Shown here: positions 1 to 11,492 of the stretch, piece by piece
Position numbering within the stretch: the stretch's first letter is position 1
How the letters are laid out: every line of letters starts with the position of its first letter
Assembly (NCBI GenBank): GCA_001938485.1
Contig: MQRK01224483.1
Span: 1-53,874 of the forward strand
Direction: 5' to 3'
Length of the DNA: 53,874 nt
DNA from: Girardia tigrina
Taxonomy: Eukaryota
Program-made: the position numbers and the translations under genes
Notes under the pieces: generated by a model
The model's database searches: none
What the model saw: only the letters and a program-made list of their open reading frames with translations
Told to the model about the DNA's origin: nothing

Positions 1-272
1 TTAATTTTTAAAAATATTTAACAAGCAAATTAATATAAAAATATTTTACCCTTTAAATTAAAAAATAATAAACTATTCAGGCGAGATAAAAAATTAAAAT
101 TAACCCCTCATAGTGATAATTTTCATAGCTAATTCAATATTTAATACTATTAGGTAAACTGTTTTCTAATACCAGATTATCAAAAATTATAAACAAAGTA
201 TACTAAAATATTTTTGCAATCAAAATTTTAATAACATGTTAAAATTTTAAATGAAAAACTCATTATTTTCAG

Positions 273-2530
273 GAATACAATGATTTCCTCGGTCTAATGT
301 TGAGGGCGCACGCTGAAGGCGAAGAAGATAACCCCAGTCAGGCCAAACAATTGGACTCGAAATCTTTGTCAACCAACGAAATAATGGCACAGTCTTTTAT
401 TTTCCTTTTGGCGGGATACGAAACTACAGCGACAACTTTGACTTTTATAGCGTATTTTCTTGCTAAAAATCCGAATGTTCAACAAGACGTTTATAATGAA
501 ATAATAAATTCATTTGGAAGTGAGGTATGAAGTAATTACATATTTATAATAAATGATTATATAAAACATTTTGAAACATTATAAAACATTTTCTATTTAA
601 AAAATGTAAATTTAAACTGAAATTTTACGTGATGTTAAGGGGGAAATAAAATACGAAGTGCTGATGAATATGCCGCATTTGGATTCCGTCGTTTGCGAAA
701 CTTTGAGAATGTGTCCACCGGCTGTGAGACTCGACCGGTCATGTACTCAGGATGTTATATTAATGACTTCTGACAATAAAAAAATTCTTGCTAAAAAGGG
801 AGACGTCTTTACTGTTCCTGTTTATGCTATTCATACAGACCCATCAATATGGCCGGATCCTGATACGTTTGATCCACAAAGGTTGTAAAATTTTTATAGA
901 AAACATATTTTAATGTTTGATTATAAAATAAGACTTTTGATATACAAATTATTATATATATTTCCACTAATAATTGCCACAAAAAGTTTTATTAAAATAA
1001 TAAATATTTAAAAAATGACGACAAAGAATTTTTAAAAGTCAAAAAATTTTCGTCAAAATATATTGTGATCAATTTCGACGGATCAACCGTCATCATCAGA
1101 CTGAATTAATATATACTCGCGTTTATATATCAAAGCAATGTTTATGTAATCATTATGTCATTTAAATCATGAAAATACGTTCAATAAAGTTGAAGAGGAT
1201 GGTGTTTGGACATTGATTTTAGGATCAAAAGATTTGATCAACAATGCTTCATACATCGCCCTCTCCCAGTAATTATCAAATTGTGAACACAAAATCTTAA
1301 AATTACTTACATCAACTTTACTATTCAAACTGTTTGAAACATTGTGATCAATGAAAAATAATGTTACAGAAAACAATTAATTCAGTAACATTCAGAAAAG
1401 CTATTCAAGAAGGTCTTAAGGTTACAGATTTAAAAGACAATTTTTAGGTAGTTGTGTTACTTATCAATTTCCTTCATCTTCCAAAATCAAACAAGAATTT
1501 CATTCATTAAACATTAAGGAGTGAACAATTCAGAGGTTTGGTTGAAATATTTATCCTTTCTTCATCGACTTCGGTTCATGAGGCTCGTATCTTGAAAAAA
1601 GAAATAACCGGCTGTCTTTCATTTATTTGCTAATAACATAACCGTATTCCGGAGGTAAAAAGTGGTTTGTGTGATGATTTTACTTTTTTATTGTTTGCTT
1701 CAAATAAATGCAAGTTAGGTTGGCAGTGCACTTAGGGTGCACAGTTAGGCAGCTGTCCTACTCACCTGACATAAACTCATGAAACGCTTTATCTTTAGAA
1801 ACTACGAGTGCTACTAACGTGAAAGAACGTAAGTAATTCAAGATAGATGAGCAACGACTTTCACCATTATTTTTAGTAAATATCGGTGGTCAATTTCTCA
1901 GACGAGTTTTAAACTTTTCAAGTAACCTTCAGAGTATAATTGAAGCTGATGAACTCGATGTGTAGGCTCTACTATGGTTTGGAAACACTTTGTGTATAAT
2001 TGCACCTACGATTTTCACTAATATAAATTTTAAATTGTATTTTTAAGATTTTGATAAGGATTCATCGTCGTAAAAAATGAAATTCTTTTCGGCCCTTATT
2101 TTAAATTTCCATTAATAATACTTGTATCCCTTTTCTCATAATTCTTGTTTTTAAATAAATTGATGTTGTCATATAAAATCAAGAATGTAAAACTCACATG
2201 TCAAAAAGTATTTAAATTTGCTCTGATTTCAGATTTAGTCCGGAAAATAAAAAGCTCAACAACCCATATTCGTTTATGCCATTTGGAATGGGCCCGAGGA
2301 ATTGTGTGGGGATGAGATTCGCATTACTGGAAACGAAATGGGCCATTGTCAGTCTTCTACAGAAGTTTGAATTGGTGACTTGTCCAGAAACATTGGTATA
2401 TTAAACTAAAAGAATATTTAATTTTAATATTTTACTGATATTTCAGGAAGAGATAAAGTTTAAGAAAACCACATTTTCAGCACCCATTGAACCAATTTTG
2501 CTGAAGGTTGTTAAACGAGAATCGTCATAA
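273..2530 (+). CDS. Cytochrome P450, CYP3 clan, paralog 1 (last four exons; 5' part lies upstream of the window)
   Basis: Exons 273-524, 640-881, 2233-2395 and 2447-2530 have GT-AG boundaries and consistent phases. Motifs: I-helix AGYETT, K-helix ETLR, PERF-like FDPQRF, heme loop [10 protein letters not shown]. Stop TAA at 2528-2530. Confidence 0.95.
1073..1105 (-). ncRNA. Minimal hammerhead ribozyme core (Penelope-associated), 3' side apparently cut off by the insertion junction
   Basis: Minus strand reads CTGATGA-T-GACGG-ttgat-CCGTC-GAAA with a perfect 5-bp stem II. Confidence 0.7.
1074..1340 (-). mobile_element. Penelope-like element, 5'-truncated 3' fragment, in an intron of CYP paralog 1
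   Basis: GIY-YIG C-terminal peptide [29 protein letters not shown], followed by a hammerhead core. Flanked by the 12-bp direct repeat ATTGTGATCAAT (1062-1073, 1341-1352). Confidence 0.8.
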
Positions 2531-2779
2531 ACCTAAATCATGTTTAATACTGAATCAATTAGTATTGATAACTAACAATTGATAGAAAATTATTTTGTCT
2601 ATTTAGTAAAAAGTTTTTTTTATTTCATCAAAATCGAATATGACAAAAATAATTAAATATTCATAATTTAACTAATTTTTTATAAAAATTTCTGAAATAT
2701 TGTTTGAGTAATAATTATAGTTATTATTATAAAATACGAATTATTTTAATAATTCCTTTGAAACTATTTTTCGGTTCCA

Positions 2780-2860
2780 TGACAATTTGACACAAGACAA
2801 TTCGACATACGCACTATTCGACACATTTTTAATTCGACACATTTGTTAATTTGATACATA
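2780..2860. repeat. Clustered ATTCGACA-like short repeats (probably subterminal repeats of a DNA transposon)
   Basis: Five imperfect copies (aatttgacac, aattcgacat, tattcgacac, aattcgacac, aatttgatac) 16-19 bp apart. Confidence 0.5.
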
Positions 2861-2989
2861 AAGGAAATGAGTTATTTTCATTGTAACTAGACATTTTTTG
2901 AAACTCGACATTTTCAAAAACTAGATTTTTATCCTTGGCGTATGAATTGGGCCTTATTTGAATATTTTATGAATATTTTTTATTTATTA

Positions 2990-3400
2990 GGTCTAGTAAT
3001 AATTAATGTTGTTTTCAATTACTTGTACCCCACATTCAGGTAACATCTTAATACTTCTGTTCAAAATTTTTTGTGATTTAGATTTGAAAAATTTGGTCAA
3101 GGCCTTTTTGACACATTCTTCATTTTTGAAATTTTTCAACTAAAAACATGTGGCAATGAACGAAACAAATGATAATCGGATGATGCAATATCTGGAAAAT
3201 ACGCAGAATGTGGTAGAACTTAAAAAATACTGGCGTATTTTATCCGCAGTGAATCTTGCGGTATACGGTTGTGCGTTATCACAATGAGAAATTACGCCCT
3301 TCCGATTAATCAGCGCGGATTCTATTTTTCTCAAAACTTGGTCTAACCTTTCCAATTGTGCACTATACACTCCATTTATAAGGGTTTGGTTATTTGATAT
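2990..3400 (-). mobile_element. mariner transposase 3' fragment
   Basis: YSAQLERL..NRKGVISHCDNAQPYTA (HDNARPH-like), followed by a degraded C-terminus. Confidence 0.75.
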
Positions 3401-3409
3401 TAGGTTTTC

Positions 3410-3830
3410 CTAAAAGTTCCCGGTCAAGAAAAAAATACAATTTTTGTGCAAGAATTTATTTTAAATAAATAACAATTAACCTTCAAAGTACAGTCCATCG
3501 TTTCCGACTACTTTCTGCCAACGGTCTGCAAGCTTTCGGATCTGGTCAAAGTACTATTCTGGCTGCTTTGAATTTAAGAACTCTTGACATGCTTATTCAA
3601 CTTCATCGAATGCTTCGAATTGGCGGTCTTTCAAGAAGTGTTGCATGGATCAGAAGAGGTCACAGTCGGATGAAACGCAATCCGGGCTGTAAGGAGGATG
3701 CGACAGGATTTCGACTCTATCCCACTCTTGGAACCTACCAGTGGTCTTCTTGGTGGTATGTGGCTTGGAATTGTCTTGCTGAAACAGTGCACGTTTTCGG
3801 TTTATTAAGGCAGGGTACTTCTCCTTGAGC
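3410..3830 (-). mobile_element. Second mariner 3' fragment
   Basis: Minus strand PHPPYSPD..SDCDLF and IRKLADRWQKVVGNDGLYFE. Confidence 0.75.
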
Positions 3831-4921
3831 TTTTGATACTGCCAACTAAATTACATGGACTAATAAAAACCTGATGTCCATTTTTTGACAACGTACTGAA
3901 TCTTTTTTATTACAGATGCACTATATGCTATACTACAAACAAAATCGTCTGACTGAAGTTTGAATATAGAATATTTGGATTTTAAAATTTCAAGAAATTG
4001 CACAGCAGGTATAACTATAAACTCTTACAAGACCAAGATTCCAAAATTGGTTTTTCCAATGAAAATTTATGTTCATGTAACAACGCTTTTTAATAGATGT
4101 CGAATCACCGAAAGTGAGGCTAAATTTATGATTTTCAAGTTTGTGAGATAGAGCATCTTTATTCATTTCTTCAAGAATTTGTTCCCCGTAATCAATTACT
4201 ATTTTTTAAAAATATTTGGAGATTTTGGAATGATACCCTTATATTGTAGCAAATTTCGTAAGCCATACTGAATGGTAAGACATCTTTAGCTACTGTCACA
4301 TTATATCATGTTTGTAGGTGTGTATATGTGTGTATGAGGACTGCATCGAATTTTTAATATGTCTCTATTTGTCTATATCTCTATTGATATATCCATTCAC
4401 ACTCTAGAATTAATATATGTAAAATGATATGGCATTATTTGAAATCTGTTAATGTGTGTATAAGCTTGAGAATTGGACATCGTATCAGAAGTATCTCAAT
4501 CAACAGACAGGCATCTCTCAAATTTGTGAACAATGTCTAAAATCTCAGCGTCGTATTTTATTCATTTCACTACATCATCTCCTCTTATCTTCGACGAAAA
4601 ATAGCTGGCGTAAATTCAAATTCTGATTTGAATGTTTCTGTATAGCATCCGGTATTAGTAAACAATCTGAAGCAATTCAAGTGGTCAGTTTCCTCAATCT
4701 CATTTAATTGAATGATTTATTAATTTCATTTTAAATTTTACTTAAAAATTAAATTAATGATTTTTATTTTAAAAACTTTTACTCAATCGGTTTTAAAAAT
4801 ATAAGTTTTATCCTTTTACTGTATCAAAATTAATAATTTTATTTTTATAGCTTAAAATTTAAAATATCCAAAGTTTTTGTTATCGTACTTGGTACTTTTT
4901 ACCACTTTTATGAAATCTTGT

Positions 4922-4927
<6 letters not shown>

Positions 4928-4964
<37 letters not shown>

Positions 4965-5014
4965 NNNNNNNNNNNNNNNNNNNNNNNNNNNNNNNNNNNN
5001 NNNNNNNNNNNNNN

Positions 5015-5066
<52 letters not shown>
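4928..5066. repeat. (TA)n microsatellite containing an N gap
   Basis: Directly visible. Confidence 0.95.
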
Positions 5067-5067
<1 letters not shown>

Positions 5068-5312
5068 TGATTTATTCTTACAAGATAAGTCCATTTTAAA
5101 TGTCGAAAACCTCATACTTTTCTGTTGAAATTAAAAATTTTAATAGATGACAGTATATGACTATGAAAATTTAGGTTATAAAAACTCACACATCGAAATC
5201 GAAAGAATGAATTATTAACTTTTATGCGATTATCTGCACCAATTTGACATCTAAAAAACTCTGAAAATATTTACAACGAATTTAGTCGGTTAAAATTAAA
5301 CTAAACATTTAC

Positions 5313-5510
5313 TATTAAAAATGGTAATTCAATTTCTTTCGTTTAAAAATTTAAAATAAAATTAATCAAATCATTCAAAATTTTAAAATGAATTTTAAAA
5401 TATATTTCAAAATTAAAGCTTAATTTAAATCTATTAAGTTAGTAGAGAGACACGATCCAAAATCAACACACAACATTAAAAAATACATGAAACATTCAAA
5501 TATTTTCACA
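5313..5510 (-). mobile_element. Short, degraded solo LTR (same family)
   Basis: TGTGAAAATATT...TTTTAATA termini with a TG-rich 5' part. Flanked by TTTAC (5308-5312 and 5511-5515). Confidence 0.55.
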
Positions 5511-5723
5511 TTTACAGGATCAGTCAGTAAGTCATCTATGGAATTAGTCTATTAATAGAATTTTCAAATTTTTAATTTGCTATTTTTATAAATTTTATAT
5601 TTTTTACTATATAATTATTTATTATCTACTTGTACAGTAATATAGTTTTCCAGTAAAGTTTTAATAATTTATTAATATTGCAACTTTTCAGTAATTTTAA
5701 CCTAATTTGGGTAAAAGCTTAAG

Positions 5724-6222
5724 ATTAAGGAATATTTTAAATTGTTTGAATGTGTAAATTTATTGATGTTGTATGTTGATTTAAGTATTTTGAATTTAGA
5801 ATGGTGATTCTCCCACCAAGATGGAAATTGGTATTTTTTAAAATTTAAAGTAATTGACTATTCGAACATAATAAATAATAATTTTATAAGTTTACATTTT
5901 TTTTAAATTAAAAATTAAAATTAAGTTTAATATTTTTAATAAAATTTAAATTCAATTCAGTTTCAATAATTTGATAACATTTTTTATTATTTTGGGTTTT
6001 TAATAAGAAATGGTTTAAATATTTATTTTTAATTAATATTTTTAGAAATTAAATATTTTATAAAGATTTTAAAAAATTGTTCGAATAATCATGATTAAAA
6101 ATAGAAAAATTAAAACTGACTATTAAGATGTCAAACGATTAAATATCTTCTGAGAGTTGTAATGACTCTGAATGTGATAGTAAATTAAAATTCAAATGAG
6201 ACTTTTATCAATTTTCTTAATA
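5724..6222 (+). mobile_element. Solo LTR (same family), degraded 5' end
   Basis: AGGAATATT start, TTCTCCCACCAAGATGGAAA core, CTGAGAGTTGT..TGTGAT block shared with other copies, ends TTCTTAATA. Confidence 0.6.
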
Positions 6223-6850
6223 ACGTTGAAAGATAGTGTATAAGATACACAATTATCTCTGTATTTACTGAAAAACTAACAAAAACTAAACTACAACTTA
6301 AAAAAGAAAAAAACTAAAATCCATATATTTCATATGGTTCCATTATATTAAAAGTGATAATACAAACTCACAATTAGTTTAATTTTATTAAATTGTTCAC
6401 GTAACGAAGTCAGCATTTCGCAGAGTTTGTACTAAAATACTTCTGGAAATCTTCTCTGTTTGACAAGTCTGAAAACTGTTTCTGCAAATTCATTTGTTGT
6501 TGGTTTATTTTCAATTTATTTAACACATTGTAATCGGATCACGTATTTATACGTTTTTGATAGATTGTTAGTGGAGCGCGGGTCACGTTAAAATACGGGT
6601 TCCAATATACTTGAGTTTTCGCTATATAGCGTCTGTAGGGTTGTAGCCATGCAGGTAAAAACCTTTTGAGAACAATAGATGGGGTGTACGATGGGTGCCG
6701 AGGTAGTGTTATTCATCACAAAAATAATCGAAGATAACGGTACATATAACGGTCTACATGCAACATAAGACGAAGAATAATATTTTTTTAGTTTATTTCA
6801 CTACTCTTTGGTGGTCGGACGTTGCTAAAAGCTAAATATCGAGTACATAG

Positions 6851-6851
<1 letters not shown>

Positions 6852-6904
<53 letters not shown>

Positions 6905-6928
6905 ATATTATATATATTATATATATAT
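6852..6928. repeat. Imperfect (TA)n microsatellite
   Basis: Directly visible. Confidence 0.9.
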
Positions 6929-7379
6929 TCTTACTTTATGTGAAATTCTGCACTAGTTTAACGATGAAGAATACATTTCTAAATATAATAAAATAAAATG
7001 TAATAAAATAAATAATTTGCAAAAAGAATTATTGAAATCAAACAAATATTTTTGAAGTTATCGCAATTTTTCTAGAGGTCGTTAGCGCGAAATTACGTGA
7101 AAAATCACCCATTACCAGCACTAGTACGCGACCGAAAACTGCTCGATCACAATGTGTTAATTAAAACATGCTTTAGGAGAACATTTTTGCTGCTTCTCAA
7201 ATATTAGTAGACTTTCACCAATCGGTAACACCTCTGACACCGAACCACACGGAGGCCCACTTATATTCAACGAAATGATTCAAAATTCTAAAATCACTAC
7301 TTTTCGTAACCGATTCTGTTATTAATGAATAAATTGCTTTGCTGTTTGATCTCGCACAATCCACACTTGAACATGCGTG

Positions 7380-7960
7380 AGATTTTCACGAATCCTCTTT
7401 CTCTAGTTTTTGAGCGTTCTAACTAACTTAACCAATTCCAACAAATCACGTCTAACTTCATTGTTCGGAAGGTCAGGAAAAGAAGATACTGTATATCTCT
7501 CAATATCTGCATATTTCTTCTTGTATTCACTTCATTTATTCCTCAAAGTTGTAACAAATCTGTACAAAATTTGTGGGCCCGTTGTTTCCACTTTACCCAA
7601 TTTATACTGTATTTTATGTTCTAAAATTAGATTGAGTACATGCAACCGATATGGATCATAGACAATTAAGGGAGCGCTTATTAATCAGTGCAATCACATC
7701 GTTCTTGGAACCCGTATGTATAGGTTCAATATCAGACTTAACACTATAGATACTGACTTTCTCAATGATGGATATAAAGCATTCAGAAATAGTTATTGCA
7801 TTCTTATTTCTCAGTTCCTGGAATTCATCTATTTTGTCACCCATGCAAACGTATATCATTTATCATTTCTGTCCATAAAGATTGATATACTGCTTCATAT
7901 CAAAGCATAAAGTTTGTTTAGTGGAATTCAGTCCCTGCAAAACTCACATCATCCATAATC
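7380..7960 (-). mobile_element. Degraded hAT-like transposase fragment
   Basis: KNAITISECFISII, HTGSKNDV and RLHVLNLIL (CxxHxLNL-like) across frameshifts. Confidence 0.35.
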
Positions 7961-9229
7961 TTCAAGCTAATTGAGAGGTCGAAATGTGGTTCCCTGTCAC
8001 CATCACCAGCATCGGAATCACAATCTTCTACAACTTTATCATCGGGGTTGTAAATATAAATTGTTTTATTTGTTTTTATTTCGGCTGTAAATATAAAAAT
8101 TACCTTTTATTTCTTTTTGTAATTTATTTTTATTGGTTATTATTTTATTATTCTTGTAATTTGGCTATTTTATTTTAGTAAATAAATAATTTATATAATA
8201 CGATGTTATTATATAGTTGTGCGTTATATATATATTTATATTAATTATTATATTTATATTTACATTGAATTAGTTTATAATATATATATATATATATATA
8301 TTAAATCAATCTAGCACCTAGACTTCATATGAATATCTTGCGTGGCTGTTTTGGTTCACGCGTCCTCTTTTTGCGGAGTGCAGGCTACGCGTTTAGTATT
8401 GTTATTAGATTACGCGATTTGTTTTGTTCTTAAGGGTCAGCTACGCACTTTTCTCGTTGTGTAGCTAAGCCTTTTTTTTGTATATCATCACAGTAATACG
8501 GCGAGTTTAATTTTAAAAAATCAAGGAAAAATTTCTTTTTTAAAAAAAAAATTTAATTTAATTTTATTTTATAATTTAAAAATATCAAGCGTTGTGAAGA
8601 GTTAATTTTATTTCCTGCTAATTCGATATATTTGATATCGCCTATTACATTTATTTGATTTCTCGTTCGATTGTGTTTCCTTTGGAAGAACAGTTCAGAG
8701 AAAAGAAGGATAATTATATTGAGAAAAATTCCTCTGGATTATATCTTCGGTTAGAATAGTAAATTATTTTTATTATAATAAAATCACTTTAATTAAATTA
8801 ATCTTATTAAAATAAACGTAATATTTATTATATTAAAATAATAATTTCTATTTACACGTCTTCAATATACTGAGACTGGCGAACGGAGTTTTTAAGTCAC
8901 ATAATATCCAACAAGTTACAAAGGGATATTGCTTTTATATTTTATTAACAATTGTAATTGTGTATATTTTATAAATATTTTTAATAAAAATATTTTTACA
9001 AGTCTTGTGTTATTAATTGATTTCGATTTGATTAATTTAATTTTAAATAATTAATTAACTTAACTGACTCACAAAATAATCGATTTAATCAGTAACTAAT
9101 TTAAAATCCAGAGATTTGAGCTGAGATTTTATTTTATAAAATTTTATTATATAAAATTTTATTTTATCCTTTGTTAGTACAATCGGTCAATAAATCTTAT
9201 TGGCCCTTCGTATCTAACATTATTTTTAT

Positions 9230-10523
9230 GTTCATGTATCAGTGCAGCCTCTAAATTTGATCGTATCTTCTAGATTGTTTGAAAATATGTATTTTATATG
9301 AAACTTCTTTAGAAGTACAGTAGCCTCCAAGGTTCTGTTTTTGATTTAGGTATTACATTTTGTCTTTATTTATTTTCCAAACATTTTTGTTTGGAAGGCA
9401 GTCGAACAAACTCTTGTCGTTACTTAAGCAACTGCGCAACAACTTGTTATAAATGACTCTCGAAGACTGAACTGGTACATCTTGTTTTATCCACGTTTCT
9501 ACTTGTCAACCTTGAAGCCAGCAATTCAAACAATTTCTTTGAAAGATTATTTTATTAGGTTATTCAATTCTTCTTGGCTGAAACATGATCTAGTGGATAA
9601 AAATGTTTAGTGGATAAAAAAATTATTTTAAAATCGAAATCATTGTCATCTTTTTCTAATTCCTTGTCAGAAACGTCTGGTATGCTTCCAAATATTAGGA
9701 TTGGTATTTCCTCCCAGTGTGAAGCAGGACATTTAGTAGAATTAAAATCAGAATATACCAATTTTACGCGGTTTTGTTCCGTTGAAGCGCTTTAGATATC
9801 CTGAACAGAAATAACAATTATCACTGTGGTTATTTTGTTCACTCCATACCATCGGTATACCAAATTTCAAACATTTTTGTTTTCTTTCGATCCACTGTTT
9901 TAGATATTCTGTACAAATATAACAGACTATATGAGGCACCCAACATTAATCTTGGTCTCCCAGTTTAATTTTGAAATATGCTAAATAAGCTTTTTTACCA
10001 CATTACTAGTCTTTGATTTTTAACGAATGTGTATTCTCCTGCAATAAAAACACACGTACGGTTCATTATGACTTTTTCTGAGTGATGATAAAGTCATTTC
10101 AAAGATTTCTATTAATTAATTACTATCTATAATTCAAAAACAAACAACAATTTACAATTTAATTTATGAATTGATTAGAATGAACAGCTTAAATAATTGA
10201 AATCAACACATAATTGAAAGTTAAGTAGTGTGTGGCCAATATATACTACAAATAAGGTTAAACAATCCAAAATATAGTAAACATTGTTGTAACGCAAATG
10301 ATAGTTTGCAATTATGCATAACAGTGAGCAAAATAAATTCCTCAATCCTGTACATCTGACTTAAATATCGAAGGTGAATATCTCAAAAAGTAGAGGTGAT
10401 GAAATGAAATGGATTATTTTTTTGTAACTCAGCATCATTTAAATAAAAATGCATTTGAATCTCAATTTCATAATTTTTTATTTTATGTATGTAGTTTTCA
10501 TACATGCACTTTTATAAGTAGTG
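9230..10523 (-). mobile_element. Chapaev3-like (CMC) DNA transposon 5' fragment
   Basis: YLAYFKIKLGDQD..PHIVCYIC..LKQW..LKFGIPMVWSEQNNHSDNCYFC, recognised from memory as the Chapaev3 N-terminal Cys-rich region. Boundaries approximate. Confidence 0.65.
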
Positions 10524-10620
10524 TGAATCATTATTTATGTTTTCTGAATTTGATGGAGGATTATTTTCTGCAATAAACGTTAGAGTGATTTTTAAATTTT
10601 TATTTGAAATATTTTTGTTG

Positions 10621-11159
10621 TATTAGGTTGTTGCAAAAGCAATGCGGGTTTTTGAACTTAAACTTTAAACAAATGTAACTCAGCACAGAATAAACTTTAT
10701 TAATCGAAATAGAATCAATCAGAATCAATACATTTTTGTCAACGAGAAACAAGTTTATTGATGCCCCTAATTTAGAACTCCTGAGTTCTGAATGTGTTGA
10801 AAGCGTTAAAGGCGTCTTTAGCGTCGTATTGGTTTTTGAAGCATTTTTCCTGGAGGAAGTTTTCAAGATGCTTGAAAAAATGGTAGTCGTTGTGCAAGAG
10901 GTCCGGTGAGCAGGGTGGATGAGTTAGAGTTTCGTAGCCCAATTCCTTTAACTTTTGAAGGGTCGGTTTTGCGATGTGTGACCAGGCGTTGTGGTGGAGT
11001 TGAATTGGCCCCTTCATATTGACCAAAGAGTATGAATTAAGCTTTCGAAAGACTCTTAACATTATACATGACATGACATCATACATGCTTTAGTTGTATA
11101 ACATTGCAGTAAATACAAATAAAATCAAAAACCTGCATTCTTTTTGCAACAACCTAATA
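10621..11159 (-). mobile_element. Internally deleted mariner (cecropia-subfamily-like) with both TIRs
   Basis: TIRs TATTAGGTTGTTGCAAAA / TTTTGCAACAACCTAATA. Peptide GPIQLHHNA..HPPCSPDL..DYHFFKHLENFL. Confidence 0.9.
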
Positions 11160-11492
11160 CATTGTTAGTAATAAACCATCGTTGTTGTTCAAATATATAC
11201 TACTTTGTTTAATATTTTGCACAAATGAATAATTTGACCATACATCTGGCTTATGTTTTATTGCTAAATATTAATGTAAATTTGTTTCATAAAAATGATT
11301 AAAAATTTGACAGTTAAATTAGTTAAATTTCAAATAATAATAAAAATATAAATTTTGTAATTATTTTATATTTATAACCAAAATACTTCAATAAATCAGT
11401 TTTATTTTATAAATTGTTAACAGAACGCAAACGAATTACTAATAGTGGTTTATATGTATCAAATATATCATTAATACCGAACCGAAATCAAA

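Noticed and set aside
4877-5128. YIYIYI ORFs on both strands
   Set aside because: Translation of a (TA)n microsatellite and Ns.
5800-5830. The dispersed TCTCCCAC..AGATGG motif as a small RNA gene family, CRISPR-like repeat or CTCF site
   Set aside because: The copies resolve as Gypsy LTRs with termini and TSDs; there is no array spacing; the spacing is one base off the CTCF core.
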